The translations under genes were made by a program, and so were the position numbers. 64,000 nt of DNA, taken from positions 251,625 to 315,624 of the forward strand of contig NMRA01000081.1 of NCBI GenBank assembly GCA_002633005.1, read 5' to 3'. Below the pieces are notes generated by a model. The model saw nothing but the letters and a program-made list of their open reading frames with translations, ran no database searches and was not told where the DNA came from. The stretch comes from Phoronis australis (taxonomy: Eukaryota > Animalia > Phoronida). Positions 53,201-64,000 of this stretch are shown here, piece after piece. The number at the start of each line of letters is the position of its first letter. Within the stretch, counting starts at the first letter, position 1.

Positions 53201-54466
53201 CCACGTAAACAGTCAGGGTGAAGTATTCCTAAAATGCCGAAAGAAAACAAAAGAAACTCACGAATTCGATGCGTATGTGATAAATACAAAACGTACCTCG
53301 AGTGGCGTACAGGAAATAATAATGTCTCGTAGGATATCATTTCATGTACGCCACTCTCGATACGCTTTGTGTGTATCTTGCTTAGAATTAGTCCGATTAT
53401 CTCCACAGACGTAACCAGATGTTGCATTTTCATACGAAAAAATTACATCATCTTGTAATATTAGGAATGAGGAACAATGCCAAGCGACCACTTTTTCTGC
53501 TTCCCTTTCTCGTAAAGTGTTACTTTGTGGTACTATTCTCAGCGTATTCACGAAATGTTGTCGACTTCGAAGCCATGTTGTATCACAGATCTAGACCATC
53601 CCCCACATGGTGACTGGTTGATGTCACGATAACACGTTACTGTCTCTATGGGACAGTATTGGGGAATATGGCTGTCACACTGGACATGGAAGACAACCAC
53701 TCGGTTCTCGTTAAACCTCCAGAACACCGGGTTTCTTGTCTTATCCATCAATGTACTACTGACAACTCCTGAACTGGGGTAGTCACGATATACCTCATCA
53801 GCAATTTGGTACAGTATTTGGGAAAAACTGAAATCGGAAAGGTAGTAAATATTTCATATTGTTTTCCTGAGATAACTGTTTATTGAGTTGACTAGGTTCA
53901 GCACCCCTCGTATTACATACGCATTACGTGCTAAATCTTTAAACTAATACAAAAAGGCTACATTCTATACTCATGTTCATGCATAGATTTGAATTCAGTC
54001 TACATCAATAATGTATTTCAAAACTATTGAATTACCCAAGTTTCACAAAAATGCAGTAACTAGGTAACTTTTGGAGTACATGGAATTTTAAGGTTTCCCA
54101 CCTGTTTAGAACGTAACATGCCATTGTTAATTTGCAATTTAGCGCATAGCCATTTTTGCCTATTTTTGATTACTCCATAAAAATTGCATACTTCCTAAAG
54201 TTGCGTTTTACACAAACTTTAAAAGACTATTAAACAGGATATCTACAAATAGAGTAGAGACGAATGTCCAAGTAAATTTAGTAATTAAAACCTAATTATT
54301 CATACCAGAATTTGGGTTTATTTTAGTCATTTCTTTATCTGCCGTGTAACGGCCATTGCATTACCTGTATCGGATTCCTTATCTAGCCAGCAATCGTAAT
54401 CAACATATACACAAGTCGTCAATAAAACACCCTTAATTAGTAAAAATGAATAATAAATATGATTGG

Positions 54467-57400
54467 CTACAAAAGAAAAGCTAAGCAGGTACTCAGTACT
54501 GTTAACGTTAAGGAAAATGAGATTGTTGATGCGTCTGCTGGCCTGCACTTCAGGTGTTCAAATCTGAAAGAAGAAAATTGTGAATGTAATAGAATTTTCA
54601 AGACTAAACTGCAAGACTAATGTAAAATACAGTATGAAAAGAAGCATATCATGTATGGTTTTCAATGACCGAATCATGTGCACTCGGAAGGTTATTTTAA
54701 CGCATTTTTCACGCAACTGCTTTTGACTGCAAGGAGCAGGTCTATAACAAAGTATAGCACAAGGATGTTTGTCTCAACAAGAGACCTGCTGTCAGTGACC
54801 AATAGTAGTCGGCAAAGATGATTTGCGAACCAGTTTGCACAGAAACAAACCAGCTGATCACAATGAAACAAGTTTGATTTACAAAATGTTTTATTGGGAC
54901 AATATTTTGTTGTGTTTAACACAATTGCTACTATATTTTTGTCACCTTGCAGGGACAGTAGGTCCAGTAAGCCTGTCGAGTGCAAAACATGTCTCAAGAA
55001 AAATTACTTATAAAATAACTCTACTAAATTATATTTAGAAATAGATCCCTTTATCTAAAAGGGTATATTATTAAAAACGTTTTACTTCAATAGGCACTCA
55101 GTATTGCCTAATCTAGTTTAAGCTATTGCAATAAGTTTTGTACTACATCAAAATAAAATAAGAATTTGAACTGTCATGTTTAGTACATATTCAAACATGT
55201 ATCAGTACCAGCACATGTATACCTTTAGCCAAAAACTCTAAATGTACCTACTTGACAGTGAACGAATGAATTGATATTTACTTGTTTAATGCTCCTTTCA
55301 TCTTTTTCTCATACTCAGCCTCCAACAAAGCCCCATCAAAGAACCATGCGTTTTCCTGGAATGGGTACTCGTAACCCTGTTTGCATTCACACCGGTAGGC
55401 GCCGCGTTCAAATCGCTTACCTTCCACAGGAACACACTGTTTAGGAAAACGAACGAGCTAGATATAATAACTACCGTCAGTATTGTATTGGAAAGGAACA
55501 TTCTGAAATATTTCTTAGAAAGTCGAATGTTTAAGATTTTAACGCTTACAATATTTTTAATCAATATTTTAATCCGGTTTTGCCTTGTACTATCATTTTC
55601 AGTTTAACGACCCATGTTGCCAAATATTGACTTTTATGGTTATACCCATTAAATTACTGCGAAACCAACTTTTTGAGGTGAAAATGTGTTCAAGTGGAAT
55701 AAGTGTCCGATTCTTATAATCTAGGTCCCATATTCAGGTCCTGTATTCAGGTCCTATATTCAGGTCCTGAATTCAGGTCCTATATTCAGGTCCTACTGGT
55801 GTCTTCTTCTAGACCTTTGCATCAGGTCTCTGGTTCCTTCAACTCAATTTTAACTATATATTACATAGGCGGATTTGGGGGGAGGGGGGCATCCCCCTTT
55901 GGCTACCGCAAAAAATAAAACAGCAAGAGAGTAGGGAAATGTTGAGAATATTAGTTAACCCCGGTAATTAACATCACAACAAATTCTATGCACAAAATGC
56001 GCTTTTGGTTCATGTTATGTAACTAGTTAGTTTCTATTACAATATATATCAAAGCAAGATAATGTAAAAAATCTTACTTGATTTACAGAAATGGGTTACA
56101 TTTGGATTATTAAGTGTGACGCTTACTCGAGTCCTTCTGCGTCATAGCTTCATGGTATTTATCATGCTAATCAATTTCTAGTTTAAGGACGAAAATTTTT
56201 ATGGTACGCAGTAGTTATGATCACAGTTATGCATGTCTACTTTCATACTTAACGTGAGCTTAGTTCACCCTGTATTGCTGAAAATTTTCAGTGTACATTC
56301 TAAGGAACTTACTTAGCTACAATGAATGTTTTGAAATGAAACCCGTGCGACACGATACAACCCGTGCGTCCAATTCATTTTTATCTCTCATGAGAATGTG
56401 ACAGCTAGTGACAAAATCAGATTTGTGTGGAATCGGTTAAGCGATTAGCATCCTGTGAACATGATAAAACTCAGTTAAAGTGACTTCTTATATTCTATGT
56501 AATGATAATCAGATAATAAGGTGGACCTTACCAGGGCACCACTTAGCAACTGACGGGGGAGCACAGGTTAGGCGCATGAATAATTTCCCAAGTACCACAA
56601 CTGTCACTGGTGTGGCAGCACAGGTTAGACTCATTCGAAAACGTGCGTGTAAATAACATTTAGTTTTCGGCTAAATTAGAAGTTAGAAATGGAAAACAAA
56701 AACGATTTTAGAGTGCAGCATATAAACGACGTTTCGATATTACTTAAAAGTCGTCCTCAGGTACAATAGTAGACAAAAAACAAAATATCGTAACAGAATT
56801 AGATTAATATTGAAACATTGTTCTCAAACATGCATGTGTCATCGTTTCCCCGATGGAAACGTTTTGGCCAAATTTCATGAAATTTCACCAAAGATATCTA
56901 GTTATAGAAATTGTCACCAGGGTGCCAGCAGTAGTCAAAATATCTAAAAATTGACATCACCATAGAAACAGATTTTCAAAAATCAATGAAAAACCTTTAT
57001 GAGATACGGCCCTGTAAAATAGGCGACGATATGTCTTTTCTATCGGCTGTTGCTTGAATACAAACGAAAAGTCAATATTTTTAATCAGACAGCAAACTGA
57101 TGAAAAGTATCATTGGAAATCACCAGCACTCTGCAAACTGACCCCCCAGAGCAGCTCAAATATGGATTAAAGTCAAAGACACAAAATTGGGCAAAATTTA
57201 CCGAACTTTGGCACTCCAATGGAGGTTAACGGAAACCCCTTTGAAAATTCAAAGACTGTCTGCTGACAGAGAGGTTCAATGACTACATAAACATTATAAA
57301 TATTTTTTCTTTCCCGTTCTTTAAAGCCATTTTAACTTCACTAACTGAAACTTTTTGAACCAAAAATGAGCTGTTTTGGGCTAAAATATTCATGTAGCTC

Positions 57401-60400
57401 TAACCTAAAAAAATAATTGCCCAAAAATTTCAAATAAGCATCTTTAATATATTCCACCTGGATGTATGGGCACACAATTTTTTTCAAGATCTGAGTCGGT
57501 GACCCCTGCGTCGACCTTTTGGTGCTTTCGTGGAATGACAGTTAACACTTATGAACTATGTTATTAGAGAAACGTGACACAAAAGAATAAGTTTCAAAAC
57601 ACGGAGACTAGTTATTCTACACTGAAAACACACCGTTATTGAAACAGGGACAAAAACACTTCACAGTTTTTTGACAGATGAGCGTATGAATGTACATGGC
57701 AGCAGACAAGGAGAGAGTCTGTAAATGAACATTTACGGCTGCACGTGTCCTTGTTAGAGCAGAAATTTCTTTTCACAAAATCAGTTTCTGACTTACGTAG
57801 GTTGACTGGTAGTGACATCTGGCTGTGTCTTTGAACGCGTTCACCTCGAAGACCTCTCCTGGACATTGATTTATGTCCAGAAACTCAAACTTGATATCCA
57901 CACTCACTAAACCTCTACAAGCGATAATAAAGAAACCAGATCAACAACAAAAATTGAAAATTTACAAAGACATTTTTAATTCAGCTATAAAAGTGGCAAC
58001 GAACAACTTTGTTAGGAGTCTAGCTACAAAATTCCCAAAAAATGAAGTATCTATGTGTAAATTTCAGTGTTTCAATTGAACATCATATGGGCATTTTAGG
58101 AGTAGGCGCTATTTCAAAATTCCGCCGCATGTACATATTAGAAAAATCCTGGAAAAAGTACAACATAAAAGAGATTTCCCTTACATTTCCAGTGATTTTT
58201 GCGCTATGTATTTAAGGAAAATGTCTCACTTAAAGCGAAGGCGTTGTCTATCGAAGTCGTCCTTTCCAAAGAACGGAGCGTAGTACGTGATGATCCACTC
58301 ACTACCATATTCTGTACACGGGAAGTACGGGGACGACCACATGCCAACATCATAGGGAGCCGCCTTATATTTGGAGGGGTAGGGAAGAATTTTGACAGTA
58401 GGGTAAAGACCATCACGATCCACTCTGAAAAAAATGCTATTAGTAAACAAAATGTCACATACGCCGCACGTGGGTGGGGCACCATAGGGGGCTGGAGGCT
58501 AAAGCCCCTCTTTTTTCAGTGCTGTGCCGCCCATGGTTTATGGGCGGTGCACCAAAGGGGGCTGGGCAGCTATAGCTCTCCCACTTTTTTCAGTGCTGCG
58601 CAGTCCGTAACTGTTAACAAAACATGAGCTTCAGCGGATACTTGCGATACAGGTTGATGGACTATACCATTCTTTCAGGTGTGAAATTCGACAATACGTT
58701 ATTTGTCGGTAATGTCCGAATTACAATTTTCGCTTTGAAAATTATTAAATTCAGTGCTGAGAAACTATACAAATACCAACACTTTCAGAGTTGTACTATT
58801 TTTTGCTTTGTTTCGACTAAAGTTAGGCCATGAACAATAAGAATCGTCACCCGATGACTGTTTCAAAAAGGACTTGCGACACTTTTTCGTCGTTACTCTA
58901 GTTTACACCTGTGGCAATGGTATCTATCGAAATTTAAAACTGATTTAAATGTAATTCAACGTTTAGAAAAAATATGACTTTTATCTTTCGTGAAACACTG
59001 AATTATTAGATTACTGTTTATTTCCATCTTAAGGAATTGAACAAAAAATGACACAATTATTGCCCGCACAGTGAATTGACCTATCGCAAGCTCCGCCCCA
59101 TTGCAAAATGTCAACAAACAAACTAGTAACAATAAATTTTACATGGCAACGAGTAGTTTGTCAGGTAAAATGGCGACTTGCAAACGAATGTGTGTCAATG
59201 AGGCTGCGTTGTGCTTGGTCAATTAAGCCGTTACTCAAACTCCTTGCAATAGGTCAATGGGCTCCAAGCAATGTCCCAAGTTATGACGTCTAGAGATACA
59301 GGCCTCTGAAACGTGTCCTGGTGTGGATATCTCACTTGAATCATCCGAATGTATTATCAACTTGGGTACAAATACACCATTACTGACCCTTTATGTCACA
59401 ACCTTTTGAACGAAACTAACCTGATTTTACCAGCAGGGGCGTAGGTTTTCAGTCCATTGGTGTTTGACCTCCATCTATCCTTTGCTCTTCTGAACCAATC
59501 CGAATGCACGTAACGTCCAAGTTTAGGGTCCCCAGCCAAGTCTACAGTACTATAGAGACCGTCTTTTTGAAATGCGAACGGAGCAAAGTACTTCCGGCGA
59601 CGCACGTTCTCGCCCTCTGTTCCGTATGGTTCCTCGTATTGGTTTTCATCATACCAGACACCAAGACCCCTTATCTTATGGTCGGCCATTACAAGTGACA
59701 GTACTTCAGCATGCAGAATGTCAGGATTGAGATATTTGTCTCCCTTCACAACACCATGGGACTCCATCCGCTCAACATGTTGCAGAAATGAACTGATGAA
59801 ATGGGCCAAAGAGAGTGCTGTCCGGGCCTACAAAATTCAATATTAAACCTGAAAAATTACGTTGTAAACCAATGAACCATAACATGACTTTTTAAAATGA
59901 GTTAAAACAACTGCATTAGAGCGCGCAATGTTTTATCCGATGATAATTATATATAACTTACTTCCAGGCATGTGGTTAGTAATTGTCATAGGCGCTGTTC
60001 GAAGTTGAGCCCGTTTTTATGACAATTGATGTCGGTACTGGTACATCATACCTCGAAATCATGCAAGTCTTCCTTTTCCACTCAAACATGCAGGAAACGC
60101 CGGTAACAACACTTAACATTTTAGCTCGCTCATTTTTCAGTCCTGAGAGGACCTTAAGTGCACTATTTTCTTAGGAAAATTCGAACTCTTCTTTAGTAAT
60201 ATTTAATTTACACAATGTCGACAGTCATACAGGATTTCATAACTACAAGAAATCAGCACAGAATCAACACACTTGAAGCAATGACAACTCACCTGATTTT
60301 GAAATTGGTCTTTTGCTCCAAAGCTGACATCTCCTGGAAGGCTTAAGTCGTACTTAGACATTTTCGTACAGTCAGACGTTTTCACCTTTTCAATGTGCTC

Positions 60401-62534
60401 AAATATCTGCTTCATTCTGTCGATGGCTGAGTCGTCAACGTAGTCCCTTTTCATTCTAGATCTTGCTTTTGCTGTATTGACCGAACTGTGTTTATCATCC
60501 GTTCGTTTTTTGTGACCATAAATCCACCTCATGGTTTCGTCGTTCGTATGCTTCTTTTTAAAGGAAACTTTCGTTCTTGGTTTTATACTAAGTTTCTTTC
60601 CTTCTTTGCCACTCTTCGTGATGTCTTTAAAATCAACAACTTTGTTTTGGCGAGGTATTAATACCTTTGAATCAACTGCAGCGTCAATTTCATCATTGAT
60701 TGCTTTCCGCATCACTGTGTTGAGGTCTGCCTGTAAGAGAGTGGAGCTCGCATGATTGTTATTCTGGGGTCTTGACGTCTCCAAAGTAAAATCGCGTGAC
60801 ACGAGCCAGTTTTCAAACTTGTTTTGTGGGGGAAAGCTGTCTTTTGATTACCTGCTGTGTCATTAAACAAATGCACGATGTTACCTTTGTTGTCCATGTA
60901 CATGTACATACAATCATACATCATATGTGTCGACGAGTGGGTTTGTTCATTCACCGGACTTACCTCTGCATTCAGTGCCTTACGAAGGTATTTGAAAAAT
61001 CATCAAAAGGTTTTCGTATTATGTAAGACAAAGCCAAATATTGGCATTACATCACTCTTATTCTTAGTTATTTGCCTACAGTGCAATCAAGTCCTGTCTT
61101 CATCTTCTTCGCAGCAAACCTGCAAATCACCATCTCATATCCAAATTATAAGGTAATGTAAGCAAGCGTGTACTGCATTTTGACAAGGAGTTGGCAAAAA
61201 GTATAAATATCGGTGTTGGACGCGATCTTCAGTAGTGCCTGAAATTTTAGAAAGTAGGTCAGTCATGTAAAGTACTTTTTCTATCTCCACGAAAGGAGAT
61301 AATTCACTACAGGATAGACGTGTTATTCCGCTTCCTAGTAATTGAAATAACGTGGCGTTGACATTAACAGTTTTATGCGCAGTAACTTTTGTGCGCTGTG
61401 AGGCTCCATATTATACCTGGACATCTATGTGTTGCGCTTTCTGTATTTCACGATTTTGTGTCTCATCAGAACTGGAGCTATCCTCATAATTCGTGACTTC
61501 CCTCTTCCTGCGAGACGTTAAGTTGGTTTGTGTGAGATCACCGCTGTTGACGGAAGGAACAACCCGCAAATCTGCAGCATAAAAGGACTATAGTTCGTTG
61601 GCTACCCTTTATGGTATACACATGTATTTCATTTGGTGTTACCTATCTGCCTTTTGCGATTTTTTTCCTTAAAAAAGCAGCCTTTTGCTTTATATAAGAT
61701 CGTAAAACACATATTTTCGTCAATTTCTGAATGAGATTATGTAAAATACAAGCTTATGCAACAAGTGTACAGCCAAAAGTTGCATTTTGACCGTTTACTC
61801 TCCAGAATAATACCGGTATCTTGTTATCATTCCTTACGGTTATAGAATCCTATTTCCGTTTCCAAATCAGATTACAGACAATGCATGCATGCGTCATTTT
61901 CTAATTTTGAATATTTAGGGTTGATCTACCCCAACTCTGAAGCGTTCTCTTGTGTTTCTGATGGTTTGTATATTCTTGTTGGTAACGGAAATAGAATCCT
62001 ATTACAGTCAAGAATATTATGAGACCGATTTAATGAGCATAAAAAGCCTAATCCGAGTTTCACTTTTAACCAACTAAACAACGCGAAATGAAGCTTTAAG
62101 TTTCAAAAATAACTTGCAATTCATCTAGCAATGTAAGAGAGAACCTGACGAATGATGCTGCCATAATCGAAGGAAAGTTAAGTGCAAGACATATTTTTTA
62201 TTCGGTTATGTGACAAATTATATCTTTTATTTTCCATGACGTCACATCTGTCGTCTTATCAAGAGAATGCTACTTTCCAATGACGTAATTTGTAGTTAAA
62301 CTGATCTGCTTTCTGATCAGATGTCTTAGCTGCTTTCTAAAAAATCCACGGTATTACATTACACTTACTGTCAATCTTCAAACAGTCAAATCCGTCTCGG
62401 TACTCTTCCTCTGTTGCTATTTCGATGTCAACGCCTTGGAATGGTCCATTCTGCCAGTGGGGGTATCTGTAACCTGGCCGGCAAACGCATTCGTACCCAC
62501 CTCGAGCGAAACCAAAACCGCTCAGCGGTTGACA
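54467..62534 (-). CDS. Tandem paralog B of the double GPR158-ectodomain GPI-type protein; exons 3-10 present, exons 1-2 beyond the window end; possible +1 frameshift in exon 5
   Basis: Exons 62534-62369, 61571-61417, 60851-60293, 59827-59421, 58424-58230, 57914-57797, 55436-55282, 54563-54467. Internal exon sizes and phases equal paralog A except exon 5 (559 vs 561 nt). C-terminus FEHLKCRPADASTISFSLTLTVLSTCLAFLL*. Confidence 0.82.
55723..55795. repeat. Minisatellite, 13-bp unit x ~5.5
   Basis: AGGTCCT(G/A)TATTC repeated. Confidence 0.9.
58460..58603. mobile_element. Degenerate inverted copy of the GC-rich MITE family, in an intron of paralog B only
   Basis: TTTTTTCAGTGCTGTGCCGCCCATG and TTTTTTCAGTGCTGCGC are reverse complements of the 21481 unit; absent at the equivalent site of paralog A (~38140). 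Confidence 0.7.
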
Positions 62535-64000
62535 CTGAAGTGTAAGTAACAAGAACGCCATCTTGTAAACCAAACTAAGGTGAATACGAGTGACACATAA
62601 ATCTTTATACTCTCGCGGCCGATACCATTGCACTCACACAAGCTACTGAGCAGGCACATATTACAAACCGAGGCAAAAAAATATAGGCGAACTCTTTCAA
62701 TGATTTTATCGTTTGCTAATGATAAAACGAATGCATTCATTCAGAAGCATTGTCTACCAATCTATGTTGCTAGATCTACGCTTCTGATTTACACTATCAC
62801 CAATTATAGTATTTCATTTTCTTGAGTTATTCACGAAATTAGATTCAAAAGTACACGTGAACTATAACATTTTAAAATCTCAGCAAAACTATTCATCACA
62901 CTTTTTCTATCAGCTTTATCACGACTGAAACAGCTGGTTTGTATCGGAGATAATTTGTAACACAGACCCAGTCACTCAACGGTCTCACAACATATCACGG
63001 TTATTTTGGAAGTTTGGTCATCAAGTTGTTCCGTTTTCTTTGAATTATATGTCTTCACTGGGAAATAGTATTGATTCATAGAATCTTAGCATGGCAAGGG
63101 TGGTCGTAACCTCGAACTCAGACCCTCCCGGGACTATCGTGATTGGGTTAGATCACAATAGACAGATTTTTCTGAAACTGAACGCAGCTCAGGGGCAAAA
63201 CAGTTTAAAGCATAGACGCTTACTATGCTTGCTCCCCGTGTGATCATATTTGAAAACACACAAATAGCAACTACCCTATGAAACAAAATGACGTATTAGT
63301 ATTATTACGACAGTGCGAATGTTGAAGACGATTATTTATGGAATTAATAGAATGTAAGGCTTAATCAAATCTGAGGTCTATTTGTTTTAGCGGGTATGTG
63401 ATTCCACTCCATACAAATTCATAAACATTTTAAGTGACCCACGCAATTCTATTGTGACAATTATACATTTGTTTTAAAGAGGCGAGTGACGTTGTGTAAC
63501 GTGTTACAAACCTAATTATTTGTAATTTTGGCTCATGGCCTTGTGCACTGAATGAATTATTTGGTAGGCTTAATAAACTGGACGGTGACAAAAGGTAATT
63601 ACTAAAACCAGAACAGTATTTATATAAACCCTAGTATTGGAATAGAATTTAACGACAAATTTGATATTAGACATGTTTCGGAAGACTTCTTATGTCCTCA
63701 GGAGCAGACATTAAAATGAAACAACAACATGTTGTTTTGTGACATTTTGGTAACGTTACACACAATTTTCATGACCAGTGTGTAAACATTCCTTTAAATT
63801 ATTCTTCGCTTCTGAAGATGTAAGTTATTAGCTTGCGAACCTGTCAAGCCCGTACCCATTTTTAATAAATATATATGAGTATATTTCTCGTACTCCATTT
63901 CTGTTTTGATTAAATTCAATATTACGAGTTTGTAGCATTGTTCGAATGTACAGAATAGTTCCTGTTAACCAGAGCTATCTAAACCTTGGCCACACGCATA

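Noticed and set aside
50300-54300. Many 60-130-aa ORFs between the two paralogs
   Set aside because: No recognisable motifs or consistent exon chain; partly overlap an interspersed repeat.
56724-56765. CGACGTTTCG...CCTCAGG motif reminiscent of Penelope-like element ends (similar at ~63672)
   Set aside because: Too short and no associated RT/endonuclease ORF.

Overview
AT-rich, intron-containing animal genomic DNA, probably from a marine invertebrate (the species cannot be fixed from sequence alone); it is not prokaryotic. (1) 2749-18560 (+): 3' part of an unconventional myosin XVIII (MYO18A-like) gene, covering the end of the motor, IQ, coiled-coil tail and C-terminus. It has 17 exons that join in frame across GT-AG introns, plus a candidate 41-nt cassette exon that switches the reading frame of the last exon. 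(2) About 20-34 kb: repeat-rich spacer with MITEs, a LINE 3' end and a frameshifted intronless ORF bracketed by two copies of one MITE. (3) 50224-34342 (-): complete 10-exon gene for a predicted 990-aa protein made of a signal peptide, two tandem GPR158/GPR179-type ectodomain modules (Cache-like + EGF-like) separated by a basic linker with three furin-type sites, and a GPI-type hydrophobic tail with no 7TM domain. (4) 62534-54467 (-): exons 3-10 of a tandem paralog of that gene, about 20 kb away; its 5' end lies beyond the window. A ~2.9-kb near-identical tandem duplication across the single-N gap at 45029 is most likely a haplotype/assembly artefact. All exon boundaries and alignments were made by eye; no database searches were run.
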